A stretch of 64,000 nucleotides of DNA. Source: Octopus vulgaris (Eukaryota). Position 1 is the first letter of the stretch. Each line of letters opens with the position of its first letter. Shown here piece after piece: positions 38,063 through 52,950 of the stretch. Location: NCBI GenBank assembly GCA_951406725.2, contig OX597828.1:60698001-60762000 (forward strand), given 5' to 3'. The position numbers and the translations under genes are program-made. The notes beneath the pieces were generated by a model. The model searched no databases and was not told where the DNA came from. It was given only the letters and a program-made list of their open reading frames with translations.

Positions 38063-39329
38063 ATATATATATATATATATATATAAAGAGTTTGTATGTG
38101 TGTGTGTTCCTTATGAATTCCAAAACCGAGTTGCCGATTTTGACGTATGGAGTATCAAAAGATTCAGTAGGCTTTTGGCTACCAAATAAACTATATTTTC
38201 ACTCACATATTTGCATTACAAAAATTTAGCATTGTCATTTTTCTTTTAGTCACCTACCGTAAATATTTTATATCACCACTACAACGACAATGACGTCACA
38301 TTTTCTATATGAGTGTATTCGTGCGTTTGTTACCTACGTTAGGCCGATGACTGACAAGTATATGTGTCTGTCAGTATACAAACATTTTTGTGACGACTGA
38401 CACAGAGAGGGACAGAGACAGGCTTCAGGTGTGCGTTAGTGTATGTGTGTGTGTCTTAGTTTATGTATGTAACTCCCCCAACTGTGAAACGCGCCGATAT
38501 TGAAAGTTTAGTTGCGGCCTCGACTTTAAACGAACAACAACGTTCACTTTCACGTACTACCAACATGAAGTGAATTAGCACCACTCACAATACTCGCAAA
38601 TATATCTGAGAAAATGTTATTCTGCTTAAAACAAATTCGGGAACTTGGCGAAGTAGAAAGCCTCAGCGGCTCTTTCCATATAGTTACAGTAACGTTATTC
38701 CACTCCTAACCAGTTTCAAGATAATGTTTTTGTAACAGTCCTTGAATTCTTCATTACTGTGCGTATCAATGCCACACAACCTTTTTTACAGCGTTAGTCA
38801 GTATTTATTCTATAGCCTGTAACGTTACACAATTAAACAAAATATGTAGTAATGTCAAATTAATTTATATCTTGCTACATACATCCTTCAGCAAATATTT
38901 TAAATTAACGTTCACAACAACTGCATCTTCCTTTCTATACACTTGATTTAGCGTTCGTTTCAAAACTGTAAAATAAATTATTTTTGTATGAAAAATTGAA
39001 TTATGCCTTCTGAATTTTCTTGGACTTTCACTTTCTTCCCCGTGACATTCATTCATTCGTAATTTTTATACCATTTAGTACATCTTCCAAATGTTGACTT
39101 TGTGTACTTTCTTACATTGGTGACGCATACTAACGTTTGTTAAGTTGGTGACTTTCCATATTTTTATAGCATAACTATGCCACAGAAGGTATGTTTTGCA
39201 CATATATTGACTACATTTAGTCGCGTTTGAACTTCGTATGTGTACATTTTGCTGTTTTCAATATTATCAATTTTATGAGTGTGTGTATGTGTGTGTTTCT
39301 GCGCTCGTTACGTCTCTAGTAAACTGTAG

Positions 39330-39600
39330 TAAAGGAAGTTTACGCTGTTTTAATGAGCCCACATCTAATGAAGTAGCCATCCTTATGGATGGTGATCCCT
39401 TTGAAAATCATGATATTCTCATTCGTGTCCGAGATAACCTTAAACGTGTTTCACAGACTCATCCCTCTTATGATGCTCTCCAGTACACTCTTGTTCTGTG
39501 GAATGGACAAGATGGGTATCATTTCAATATTCCACGGGTTGAAACTGCCACAAACAAAAAGGTGCCGTCAAATGACTTCTATCCTTAGAAACTGACGTTA
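39330..39600 (+). mobile_element. Helitron RepHel fragment (region N-terminal to Rep)
   Basis: FNEPTSNEVAILM...RVSQTHPSYDALQYTLVLWNGQDGYH...KKVPSNDFY; a Helitron-type 5' end may lie near 38080. Confidence 0.8.
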
Positions 39601-39877
39601 AAGACCAGAACAATCGAATCAATTATCCTTGCCAAATAAACTTTATTTTCATTTACATATTTTCTACGTTATCGCAACAACCAGTTATAGTTATTTCAAA
39701 TACACTTCTCTACAACGACCAGGTTTCATTACGAAAATGAAAATAGTTTCACACTTTCAATATGAACCAAAATTACGAAGTGTTGCATTATGAGAATAAC
39801 GTCACATATGTATTATAATAAAGAAAACTACTTATTATCTATCAGCCAAATAAACTGTTTTTGACTCAACAACTCTC

Positions 39878-39936
39878 TTTTACAACTAATATATATTTCT
39901 TTACTACCCACAAGGGGCTATTTTACAACTAATATA
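39878..39936 (-). mobile_element. 27-bp retroposed SINE tail with 16-bp target-site duplication
   Basis: TTTTACAACTAATATA | TATTTCTTTACTACCCACAAGGGGCTA | TTTTACAACTAATATA. Confidence 0.85.
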
Positions 39937-40077
39937 ACCTCGGCAACTACGTTGGGTCGCACGATTTTCAGGCCATATTAGGACAATATTTTAATTTACT
40001 TCCAACGTTTCACTTTCATCCGAAGTTTATGTAACTTTTCCATAATTTTTCCATATTTAAAACCATGTGTGGCTTAA

Positions 40078-40117
<40 letters not shown>

Positions 40118-40206
40118 TGGTGTGAATTTATGGAAAGGAATCCCATTAACAAATTTGTTAAAAATTGTGAAGAGAAGATGTTAAAATGTTAGAGAATTTT
40201 AATTCA

Positions 40207-40326
40207 TGCAATCTATCGTATCGAACAGCGATATAAAAAATCATGCGATATGAAAATCATATTTGAATAAAAATGATTAAATTAATTAAATTAATTTAAT
40301 TATATATCACTGTACTCATCAGTGCA
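40207..40326 (-). ncRNA. Hammerhead in left arm, GAAA mutated to GATA
   Basis: TGCA-CTGATGA-GTACAGTGATATA...TATATCGCTGTTC-GATA...TGCA. Confidence 0.5.
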
Positions 40327-42868
40327 AGAAGTATAAACAATTTTTTTACAAAGGATTTGATAAAGGAAATAGCAGAGTAGAATTTTGGAGATTCATATTT
40401 ATCCTTATGAGACAGAAAGAAGAGGTGTGGGTCCGGTTAGGTATTAACTGAAACTAAAGGCTATAACGGTTATTTGAAAATATAAATGAAAGAGGTTTTA
40501 GAGACGTTCCCTCTAAAGATGAGTAAGGAGATTAGTAATTCATACTCCAAATAAGTCGTATAGAGTAAAGGTTGTATAGAAATGTCCAGTGGAAAGGAAT
40601 AGCTCTATATAAATTGAGATATAACCTTACAGAAACAATACTAAGTGTGGTGTATATTTAAAAAAAAATATACGTGAGAATGAAGTTAATCTAGAGGAGA
40701 TAGTGTATAAAGGGCTGCTGTATTGTTAACGTAAACAAGTATTATAGGGGTAGAAAGAGTTAAAGAGAGAATAAGCTGCGTAAAATGAACTTGTGTTTGC
40801 ATAAGAACTAATTCGCTTGTATATATTAAACAAAAGATAACAACTCTGTGAACTTCATAGACTTTAACTTCAATCTTGATACTTCCTCCCATCAGCCTTA
40901 CCATGAGCATAACAACAATATCACATACATAAACACCCAAAGTAACTATCCTTATAACATTATAGAAAACCTGACCACTAACATAGAAAGAAGAATTAAT
41001 TTATTATCATCTAATGAAGAAATATTTTACAAAGTCTACTATAACCTAGCACTTAAGAAGGCAGGATATAAATAAGAAATTAATAAAAACGATAGCATCA
41101 ATACTAATAATACTCAACTTTATCTTGAAATGAACAACATACATAATATTAGTAAACCTAAGTCCCATGATGAGTTAGTACATTCCGAAAAACATTTAAA
41201 AAGAAACTCTCGTTAAGAGTCATCAACACAACTTTAGCAAAAGACACGGAAATCACAACTACAATAAACATACTAATAAACTTAATACGAGCACCATAAC
41301 CATAACCTTAGCAAAGGAAAAAAAATAATATAAATTTTAGCAATTCCCACCTTACTAACTACACTAATACTAACATTAATAAACTCAAAATACTGACAAC
41401 AAACACCAAAAATGCTTAATTATATATAAAAATAGGAAAATTAAGACAATAAACAAAAAAATGAAAGTAATCTAATCTCACCTAATCTCTCCGCTAATAC
41501 ATATAACCATAGAACTAAAATGAGTATAGATAAGAATAGAATAGCAAAAAGAAAACAATACAATGTGTGAGAATAACTGACCCCGCCATCAAAACACAAC
41601 CCATCATTCCAATAAAGAAAAACAGCCACAACACTACTTAGATCATAATACCTTTTGACAAACATCTAAAATCTATCTTTATTAGATGCATTAGAATGAT
41701 AATTGAGAAAAACTAAAAGCTCCAAATATGCAAAAATATTTAATAATAAAAAATTAGATTTGGATTTTCAGTCTCTCCAAATCTCTTTAGGATAATCTCT
41801 TCTTTTAACAATAAGAAACTGGATCTATTCTATAATAATAAAAAAAACTTCGTTAAATGTACCTAGTACCTCCAATTATCCTATAATTAACAACTACTAT
41901 TATAACAACCAAAACGCCACTGTCCCTAATAAATATAGACATAACACCAACCAATAATTTAAATTGTAATTGTAGAGAATCAAATGCTCGTGAAGTAGAT
42001 AGAAATTGCAAAATGAAAGAAGTTATATATCAAACAACCATTATTACTCAGAACACCTCTAAATATACATACATCGGTTGCACGAAAAGTTCTCTTAAAT
42101 CGCGAATTTGTAACCATAGATCTTCTTTTAGGGACTCTAGAAAAGAGAATAGCACAAGTCTATCTAAAAAAAAATTGGCACCTCAAAAGAAACAATATTG
42201 ATTTCTCAGTTTCTTGGAAAATCCCATCTTACAGATATAATAAAATTTGTAGGTTATGCTTGGAAGAAAGCTATAACATAATGAAAATGAATGGAAATCT
42301 GGTTAACACTAGGGATAAAAGAGTTTATTCATGATCAAATTCCCTTTTTTCAATCTTAAATAATTCTTCCCCCCCCCTGCTTAGACTTGTTTTTGTTTAT
42401 TTTTTCTAAAAATATTTCTATAAATTATCTTTTTCTATGGAATACAATTATTCATCACATCATCTTTACGTCACTATTTTTTACACTATCTTGATATATT
42501 TTTTATTTAACTTCTAACAATTGCATGACCCGCCATATATTGGGCTAACACTTTATCCACCTCTCCCTACACCTCCCTTTCTCTATATATCTGTTTTTTT
42601 AATAAAATAATATCTTTCTTTAGTATATAATATACCTATATTTTTTGTAATTTGATTTATTCTATCTGCATAATGTACCCTAAAAAGCCCCCTCAACATA
42701 CTCATTTAATTAATACTGTTGTATGTTACTTGTCACTTTACTTGATGATTAAATATATCTTACTGCTGATATATGCAAACATATATAGTACTTCTTGGTG
42801 TCCTACGTGACTACGACCATGTGTGCATATCTAGATTTCGATCTTATATGTCATTGTGTGCGCATACC

Positions 42869-42991
<123 letters not shown>

Positions 42992-44213
42992 GTGTGTGGT
43001 TATTTACTATATGTTGCCACTAATATGTATTTTTAATATGAACGTGGGCACAAATAACTATGTTCCACATATACACACACATATATATGCTGCTATTTTT
43101 ATGCATGTACTTATATCTATTTGCGTGTGCCTTTTCTCTCTTTGCACCGGTATGAGTATATATATTGTTTACGGTGTTCCTTCCTTTATGTATAACCTAA
43201 TAAAAGAAAAACAATTAGAATTCCTATATCTATATATACTAATGTGCAGATATACCTCTACTCACGTATAAGTAAATATACTAACAATTTTTTTCCTTAT
43301 ATGATTTTTATATGACATGATATTTAAATGATTTTGTATATTTTGTATATTTATGTACACCCCCATAGTCGTAATTTTTCGTATATCCATAATGCACAAT
43401 ACTCTTCTATTACCGGAATATTAATCAATTACTAACCTAATACCACACTATATATCTCTCTCACATTATGTTAAGCTAGTTCCTTAACCCATAATTTTAT
43501 TTATTCTTAAACATAGTTACTATATTACCTTACATTTCAATACATAATTTAAAACCTCCATTTTTCTATTTTTCTATTTTTCATTCCCAGCTCCCCTACA
43601 TTGTTATTTTTCAGTATCTCTACTTCCGATACTAATAAACCTCTGAGCTCTCTTTTTTCATCTTTATAGCAAGTATTTACTATCTAAATTGTAATATTAA
43701 CAACTATTTTTCTGTTTTTACTTATTTTTCAACCTTACATTTAATACATATATGCAAACACAAGTCCATGTTGCGCAGCTTATTCTCTCTTTAACTCTTT
43801 CTACCCCTATAATACTTGTTTACGTTAACAATACAGCAGCCCTTTATACACTATCTCCTCTAGATTAATTTCATTCTCATGTATAATTTTTTTTAAAAAT
43901 ATACACCACACTTAGTATTGTTTCTAACTGTAAGGTTATATCTCAATTTATATAGAGCTATTCCTTTCCACTGGACATTTCTATACAACCTTTACCCTAT
44001 GCGACTTATTTGGAGTATGAATTACTAGTCTCCTTACTCATCTTTAGAGGGAACGTCTCTAAAACCTCTTTCATTTATATTTTCAAATAACCGTTATAGC
44101 CTTTAGTTTCAGTTAATACCTAACAGGACTCACACCTCTTCTTTCTGTCTCATAAGGATAAAAATGTATCTTCAAATGTATCAAGTCCTTTGTAAAAAAT
44201 TGTTTATACTTCT

Positions 44214-44326
44214 TGCACTGATGAGTAGAGTGATATATAATTAAATTAATTTAATTAATTTAGTTATTTCTATTCAACCATAAATTTGCATGATTTTTAT
44301 ATCGCTGTTCGAAACGATTGTTTGCA
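44214..44326 (+). ncRNA. Type I hammerhead, canonical core, ~60-nt AU-rich loop II
   Basis: TGCA-CTGATGA-GTAGAGTGATATA-(60 nt)-TATATCGCTGTTC-GAA-ACGATTGT-T-TGCA. Confidence 0.7.
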
Positions 44327-44509
44327 TGAATTAGAATTCTCTTACGTTTTAACATCTTCTCTTCACTGTTGAGTTTTATGGGATTCCTTTCCATAAATTC
44401 AAAGCACACCATATACAAGTATTATTTTCATATTCGCAATTTTACGCCAGTAAGATATCAGCGAAATATGAAGAATCTATATTAGAAATCTTTTTTGGGA
44501 TCCTCCAAA

Positions 44510-45187
44510 TTAAAGGGCGATATTTAATTCAAACTTTTTACACACACACATTTGGAAATAGCGATAGCTGGAATAGTAACGAACTGAACAAATTGAATAA
44601 TAGAAGAAATGCGAAAAAACGCGAAAGGCAGCATATAGAAAACGCAGAAAGTAAAAAAAATAATAACAGAAAACAAAAAACGGAAAGCGAAAACACAAAA
44701 AGCTAAAATGCAAAAAGTAAAAAGGTAGAGAGTTAGGGATCTTAGATCAGACCAAGATCCGTGCTCTTTTCGCAAAAACAAATCCTACATTTGTTCGAAC
44801 CAGTTTACATAAGGTATGGGTTTCTCAACTACTTTCCACTTAATTATATGTGACCTTTCGTTGTATTTCAAATACCACACGTAGCAAGCCAACTTAGTAG
44901 CTTTATTTTGTGGATGTGGAGTGAGTGAGAGGACGATCTTGGAGAAAGCTGCACGGAACACATAGACGTCCTATGAGGTACAACTTGTGCCTGATCGAAA
45001 AGTTTTTCATCATGTTCCAGGATAAATATGCATTGAGCCAAAGATGGGAGCTTTTGAATTCCTGCATTTCAGACGCGGTATAAAATGTCTCATAAAATAT
45101 CATACGGATAATAATATTTGACTTTCGTATTTGATTTTGGCTTTCCCACCTAAAATCAGGCATCGTTTTGTATAATATCGCCTTTAC
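44510..45187. mobile_element. Possible non-autonomous TIR element (Kolobok-like termini)
   Basis: TTAAAGGGCGATATT ... AATATCGCCTTTA short inverted ends; nothing else diagnostic. Confidence 0.3.
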
Positions 45188-45519
45188 ATTTTAAATTTTA
45201 TGATCTCCAAGAAAACCTTCGACTGTTTACAATCTTTGGTTATTCTATTTTTATTTTATTTTCATTGCCCTTTTGTAACCGTTACTTTTAAATGCACCTT
45301 TTTTGAGCCATTTGCTTTTTTTTTTACAATGCAATTTAGCCCATTATATACCTAACAATTTTGGTTTTTACTGTACATCTTAAAACCCTTTTACGATTGC
45401 CTAATATGTGGCGTATAGATATTGCCTATTTACAGTCGACCAAAATGTGTCTTTTAGAGACATCGAACACCAAAATGGATTTGTTTTATTTTATTTATTT
45501 ATTTATCTATTTATTTATT

Positions 45520-45592
<73 letters not shown>

Positions 45593-45917
45593 GTTCTCAC
45601 TTAATTACTTCCGTTGCATTTATTTATTTATCTATCATTTTTTTAAATCATTGATTGTAATGCCAATGGTGATGACAGAGCTTTAATGAACTTAGTAAAT
45701 GTTTCGACAGTTTTCTCATTGAAATTTCGCCGAGGTCAAAATTTATATTAAATTATATTATTACACTATAAATTTAATTATATTATTGGTTTTTCAATCC
45801 ACAATTTGAAGTTACTCTATTCTAATATGCAATATACCGTACAAATAGTTTTAAATATACTCGTGTGCGTATATACGTTTGTTCACGTATATATATGTTA
45901 TGTATATATATGTTATG

Positions 45918-46030
<113 letters not shown>

Positions 46031-46095
46031 TGCTACTACTAATATAGGATAAAATTATTTTCAGAAAAAGTTTCATCGAAAGCGGCAGCATATTT

Positions 46096-46161
<66 letters not shown>

Positions 46162-46205
46162 TTTCTAAATATCTCATAGAAATATGTACTGTGGTGGAGC
46201 GATAG

Positions 46206-46318
46206 AGTGGTTGTATACTGTCAACTTAACATGACAGTCCTGTAAGGGAATTACACCAGCGCTGTTTAGCCCTAGGAAGCATCGACGCTTCCTGTCGGCC
46301 TTGACACATTTCCTGTGT

Positions 46319-46320
<2 letters not shown>
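46206..46320 (+). repeat. ~120-bp structured interspersed repeat, copy 2
   Basis: Homologous to 25817-25936; followed by (TA)n. Confidence 0.7.
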
Positions 46321-46371
<51 letters not shown>

Positions 46372-46675
46372 CTGTGTTTGTGTGCGTAGTTACATATATA
46401 TATATATATATATATTCGTATTTATATTTTGCCTGTGTATGTGTGTCTGTGTAAGTACGTTTATGTTTTTAGTGTGTATATGTATAAGTACAATGTCTTT
46501 AGTTTTAGGCCGTTTGATATAAGTGAATATTATATTAATACATACTTACATTAATTCATTTTTTAATTAAACTTAATTTATTATTAATTAATCTATATCT
46601 GAGTATTTATGCTTCTCCCTTCTAACTACAGTCATTATTGAAACTTCGACTTTTGATTTAAGGTTTTCTTCGATA

Positions 46676-46725
46676 TAATACGATTTTAAACCTATTATCA
46701 TAATACGATTTTAAACCTATTATCA
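46676..46725. repeat. 25-bp perfect tandem duplication
   Basis: TAATACGATTTTAAACCTATTATCA x2. Confidence 0.9.
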
Positions 46726-46811
46726 TTGATTAGAAAAAAAAAACCGTTAGTCGAAAGGACTAATGAAAAGAAACCAATTTCAAATGTGTATCTCAATGTA
46801 AATATTTTATC

Positions 46812-47322
46812 ACATGGAAAAATGCGAGCATGAAAAGTCATATTCTTAAGATTATAAACCTGGAATAAGTACAGGACAAGTTATTACACCTGTTAAAGTA
46901 TAGGACAAGCTATTACTTCTAATAAAGTAAAGAATAAGAAACTTTTTACTTAAAATATTGCAGCAAAGAATGTCAGTTCTTCTACTTTATCACTCTTTAC
47001 AGTTCTCATCTTTTAAATTTATTGTACAAAGCTGTTCAGCTAATTTGTAAGTTTGTCTAATCACTCACTTTTTCCTGTATTTAATGTAGTAAAGTAGCAA
47101 AAATCTGCTTAAATAAGTATAGTGTTATTTGTAAACTATAATAAAATAAGTTTTAATATTCAAATTTTAATTTTAGCTGCAATATTTTAAGTAAAATGTT
47201 TCTTATTCTTTACTAGAAGTAGTAGTTTGTCCTATACTTATACAGGTGTAATAACTTGCCCTTTACTTTTCAAGGTTTATAATCTTAAGAATATGACTTT
47301 TCATGCTCGCATTTTTCCATGT
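46812..47322. mobile_element. MITE/foldback element with ~150-bp terminal inverted repeats
   Basis: ACATGGAAAAATGCGAGCATGAAAAGTCATATTCTTAAGATTATAAACC... mirrored at 47175-47322. Confidence 0.85.
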
Positions 47323-48280
47323 AATCCATGATTTTTCCAGAAATTGCTCGATAATTAATAATGTGTCAATTAATAATTTAAGATTTTACCTTATAAAATA
47401 CTGAAAGATAATATTTTAATTTTTAATGTTTAATTTGAATATATGTTGTGACTGAATTACTTGATATTATCCATCCACACTAAATTAATGGCAGGGGGTT
47501 TTACCATGTTGTTGGTTGTGCCATGGCTCACCAAAAGTTACAAACAACAAGACCCCAAAATTTTCAGTTACCAGGCTCACCTTAAGTAACCTAATTTTGC
47601 AATATTAGGAGGTCTCAGGAATTCATTCAACGAAAAAAAAATATTTTTCAATGACTCCGGGATTGTGTGGGGGGGACTTCCACGTCATTTTTTCCGAATC
47701 AAAATAAGGGATTTGCAGCATATTAGGAGGTTAGAGTACGTGATTCCACACAAAAAATAATTTTTTTTTGTTAGTGAAAATCGTGCGGGTGTTAATATAG
47801 AAATTGACCATAATGTTGTTATTTAGCCTCAAATCAACCCTGATACTGCAAACCTATATTCAAAGACATTCCAGCCTTCAGGAAACTGTCTTTTTAGGGA
47901 TAATATAGGATATTACATACAATGGACATGTGATTTAGGTAGGGGATACTTTGGTTGCTATTTTTAGCATGTCGAGCGACCATGTAGAAGCTCTTTCATT
48001 GGTTCGATTGCGTGATGAAATTTCTTTTACACATATATGTAATATGTATATATATCATCGGCAGAAGTTATAGAGTAAGTCAAAAGATGAGAGTTTCTTG
48101 TATTGGCACTTATCAAACACGAATTTGTCCATTGTCACTGCAACTTCTGACGAAATAACTTCTAAAATACAAAATTTTGTCAAAAACGTTAAGAATAAAC
48201 CCTGTTTTATGTGACATATTCTACCAGTATCGGAAGTTTGAAAGTGTTTAGTTAAAAAAAATTAATTAAATAATCTGTAC

Positions 48281-48568
48281 GTCAAAGTCGACCTCGGCGA
48301 AATTCGAACTCAAAACATAAAGACAGACGAAATACCTATTTCTTTACTACCCACAAGGAGCTAAACACAGAGAGGACAAACAAGGACAGACAAACGGATT
48401 AAGTCGATTATATCGACCCCCGTGCGTAACTGGTACTTGTTTAATTGACCCTGAAAGGATGAAAGGCAAAGTCGATCTTGGCGGAATTTGAACTCAGAAC
48501 GTAGCAGTAGACGAAATACCGCTAAGCATTTCGCCCGGCGTGCTAACGTTTCTGCCAGCTCGCCGCCG
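48281..48568 (-). mobile_element. SINE family A, partial dimer
   Basis: Two GTCGACCTCGGCG...GAACTCA cores joined by the TTTACTACCCACAAGG linker. Confidence 0.85.
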
Positions 48569-49055
48569 CAGAATGTAAGCATTCATTTTAGAAATATATT
48601 CTTTATTCTTATTGCATAAGCGTTACATCTTACTTCCTTACTTACTGACATTAAATTTCATAACATTTTACCTCATAACTGTTTTTCTACTAATTTTTGT
48701 TCAATGCCACTAACGATTCTGAATTCCTCATGCGTTTTTCTATAATTTAGCCTAAGAAAAGTATACTTTTAATTTAAAATTAAAGAATTTATGTTAATTA
48801 AACATGAATGTCTGCCTTACTGCCCACTTGAGGTCTGACATATTTTGATGTAACTTTTTTCCTACTGAGCCAGATCTCAAACTATTTATGCCAAAGTGTA
48901 CTGAGGAGGTGTCCTCATTAAAACTTAACAGTTTGCAATTTAGTTGAGAACTGAATTTGTGGTGAAGCTTGGAAGCTGCTGCGATTGACGAAATGGTGGA
49001 CTTAAGAATATATATAACCACTACGAACTTTATTTTGTTCCATTCCAAATCTAAA

Positions 49056-49092
49056 CTGTCCGACGAATGGGAACGGTGAAACTGAGTAGCAG
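49056..49092 (+). ncRNA. Minimal hammerhead-like motif, CCGACGA core, same family as 27229-27264
   Basis: CTGT-CCGACGA-ATGGGAACGGT-GAA-ACT g AGT-A-GCAG; shared downstream TTTTGTGATA...GCTGCTTT...AAAGTA. Confidence 0.55.
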
Positions 49093-49156
49093 GTTTTTGT
49101 GATATTATTTTTGTGATCTTTTTGCTGCTTTGATAAGAATAAAGTATACACGCGCG

Positions 49157-49249
<93 letters not shown>

Positions 49250-49252
49250 GTA

Positions 49253-50482
49253 CCGGGGTAGGACAAAATAATGGAAATATCTTGTTAAATAAGTAATTCA
49301 TTATTTAATGCGAAGGGAAGATAAAATTCTTCCATTGATCAATTGGCTACTTCTGACCATCTTTACATCCTTTTAATTGATTAATACTGCTGCAATACAT
49401 AAACGAATAAACTCACACAGCCTTTAAGTATTTGCTAGGGAAATTTTGAATCCTTCATCATGCAAAACCTGTTCCAACCCCTTCAGCTTCATTGGAGGAA
49501 GGAAGAAATTCCTCACTTGTTACTCCAAAGTGCATTACAAATGTTCAATAATATATTTAGATCTGGTGATTGTGCGGGTCAGTTTAAGTGTTCCATTTCA
49601 TTCTTGTGTTTTTGAAGCAAATTTTGAGCCATTCTAGCAGTGTGGATTGGTGCATTATCACCTTGCAATTTACTTCGCCATTTGGAAATAATGCCTGAAC
49701 CATAGAAGGAACGTGGTTGCTCAAAATTAGTAAATACGTCTGGGAGCTCACCTTGCCATAAAGGGCTACTTCAGGACCAAGGGAATTCCAAAACATCACA
49801 AACCCACCTTCGTACTTAAAAGCAGGGCCCAAGCAGCCGGGATGATAGGCTTCTTTGTGTTGCCTCCAGACGTAAACACGTCCTGAATTAGGGAAAAGCG
49901 TGAAAGACGATTCATCTGAGAAGATAAAATTCTTCCATTATTCCATTGGCTACTTCTGATCATCTTTATACCATTTTAATTGCTTCTCCAGAAAGGAGAG
50001 GTTTTGCAACTTCAGCTCTCACATGATATCCAGAACTATGGAGCTTGCAAAGAACGGTTTTGATCGACACTGGGTCTGCAGTCACTTTCGTTGCAGTAGT
50101 TCTATGATGTTTGGAAAGAATACGTTTTAATACTCTTCGGTCCCTTTCTGATTGTATTGACATCCGACCAAAATTATGCCCTTCAGATTGGATTTCCCTT
50201 GTTTATGGAATGCTGTCATAATTTTAGAGACAGTGCTTCTCGGAACATGGACTAATTCTGCGGTTTTAATTACAGAGGCTCCAGCTGTCTGAGCTCCATC
50301 AGTTTTCCCTCTTTGAAAATCAGTAAGGTTACACATTTTATTATATACAAATATGATTATCTGAAAAAGATAAGATGTAGGCTTATAACATTAGGTTCTA
50401 CATGTCAGCAATGCCTTTACATAAGACTTAGAATATACAGTAAAATAAGCTCTATTGCAGTCATTATTTTGTCCAACCCATG
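49253..50482 (-). mobile_element. Full-length degenerate Tc1 transposon
   Basis: TA-flanked TIRs CCGGGGTAGGACAAAATAATG / CATTATTTTGTCCAACCCATG; MCNLTDFQRG, DESSF, GRVYVWR, DNAPIH, QSPDLNIIEH. Confidence 0.9.
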
Positions 50483-50618
50483 TACATACATACATACGCG
50501 CACGCGCGCACACACACATGCATTATCTCGGGCAGACTGTTTCTTGTAGTGTTCATACAAGTCCATGGTCATGAAACTGCATCAGCGTTGCTGCAAGGAT
50601 ATTGCAGAGAAAGAGGTG

Positions 50619-50649
<31 letters not shown>

Positions 50650-50761
50650 GTTAAAAAATCATATGGTATACACCTGGCAGCTTGCCGGTAAAGCACGTTC
50701 TCCAGCTGAGTATTTGATTAATAAAAGTGACGGAAGATGGAAAATACGAGAATCTTTATTG

Positions 50762-50867
50762 ATCACTACAATTGTTTCGATCCATCTAGTATTGATTCTT
50801 CACGGAAGGAATACTGAACATCTCGTTTAGGTGTATCCTTCGTTGTAGATGTGTCTCCTCATATGAT
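50762..50867 (-). ncRNA. Hammerhead with long stem-loop II, same family as 30007-30113
   Basis: ATCAT-ATGAGGA-GACACATCTA...TAGATGGATC-GAA-ACAATTGT-A-GTGAT (C3 replaced by A). Confidence 0.55.
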
Positions 50868-52950
50868 TTCAAGAAGTGTCTCGTTAAAATAAACTGTTTC
50901 GCAAGATTTCTTCTTGATATTCGTATATATAAATGGCAAATTAAGGCATACAGCTTCATATTTATAGAAGTTTCATGATAAATATCAGATACAAAAAGAA
51001 GCAAATACACAATACAGCGAAAAGAATATTAGATATAACCGTTAGTAGCTATGGATGTATAAACGCCCACGCACACGCATGGTTTGGCGCACATACATTC
51101 GCACACAGAATAAAGTCAATATAATAAAGACAATGCCTACTGCTGGCTAGTTATATGACACCGCTTAGCGAGGAGTCACAGATTCTGTTGTGCGGTTCAC
51201 TGGGTCTAGCTGGTATACTCATAGCAGTTGTACACTCATAAATATGGACATAAATACTGACATAGTAGATGTGTAATTTTTGAACGACTAATGAAACAAC
51301 CAATTGCGTGTGGAAATGCATCAATGCCATGGTTAGGATCACGAGTGTTGATAGGTGTTGGTGTTTTTTGCACTTTCATCGCACGGTAAGCGATACTTAT
51401 TGAGTGACTATAAACATCACCTTTAATTAGGCAGATGCTTTTTAGAGGACAGCTTTGAAGATCTTTGAAATAACTTTTCAGTTCATGTTCTTTCGCAGTA
51501 CCGTTAATTTTGCTAAGATAATTTTGTATAATTTTGTATTATGTTGGGTTATGATAGAGGCGGAGTTCTTGTGGCAAGAATAGCTAACCTTTAGTGTTCT
51601 TCCGTTAAAAATTCTCTACATACATAAGTTCTAACGGTAATGTTAAAAGTAGGATTGAACCACAAAACATTTCTGGTTCTAGTTCTATGAGTCCTACTAT
51701 AGTTATTTTCATTATCAATATTCCTGAAAAGATCCCTGAGAATCCACTATCATGCAGTGCATCATTATAATAGAGAGGATTATATTTTTATTTATTTCAC
51801 CTATTTTTTTATTCTTTCACCCTTATATATTACTTTCGTTTATTTCTCTATGGTTCCACATTGTCATTTTCTTGTTTGCATATAGCTTACATGTTTTCTG
51901 TATGTTTTGTGAGTATGTGTGTATATTTGGTGTATGAATATAGTTGCATATGAGTTGTGTATGAATATATATGTGTGCATGTGTGTACGCGTGTGTGTGC
52001 GTACATGCGTGTGCATGTGCGTGTGACTGTATGTGTTGGTGTTTATATATTTTGATATATGTGTATTTCTTTTCCAGTATTGTACGAAAGTTCGTGATTG
52101 TATGCGCGTGTGTATTTGTGTGCACGTTTAGATGTATATTAGTTGTATATTTATGTGTGTTTTACATGTATATATTTACTTTTACTTTTTCACCTTTATA
52201 CTTTTTACTGAGACCTTTTACTGTGTCCGTATGTTTGTAATTTGTTCTATGCTTTCTCTATCGTTTCGACTCCCTATTCCTATAAACTAGCCATCAACCT
52301 CCAACCTCCCCTGCCACTCCAGATACGTATTCATTACATCACATTCGTTACAGATATTTTATATGTTTATATCGTTAACTTGCCTCTCCGCCCCCCAAAT
52401 ATTCTATGTTTATTTCTCTTTTCCTTATCTCAATTACCCCGTATTCTCTCTCTCGTTTTCTCTTCCCCTTTCTTTCTTTTCTTTCTTTATTTCCTCTTCT
52501 TTACTGTCTTTAGATTTTTTTTACTTCGCTCCTTTCTCTATTGTTATTATTATCGTTCCTTCTTTCTTTTTGGCATATATTTTTCTGCTTGTTTACTTAT
52601 TGTATTCTCACGTAGAACTTTTAATCTTTAATTTCAATTTCTAATTTCTTTCTTTAAAACACCTCCTTTTGCATTTCTATAACATTCCTTTTAACCATTT
52701 GCTATTCCCATTTCTGAATATAGTCATTTTTTACTCGCTTTTACGCAAATTTTTTCAGCTTAATTATTATTGATACTTTATTTTTCTGCTAAGGCCAACC
52801 CCAACTAGCAATTTTATACCATTATATATTTTAAAAAAATCAATTATCCAATCAGTTTGAAACGCCTATTCGTTCAACTGTAAGGTCTATATCATATTAT
52901 ATCATATATTATATATACTTACATAATTTGCTGTTCAATATTATTATAAT

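Noticed and set aside
50668-50682. ATACACCTGGCAG resembling the U1 snRNA 5' end
   Set aside because: Similarity does not extend; no Sm site or U1 stems
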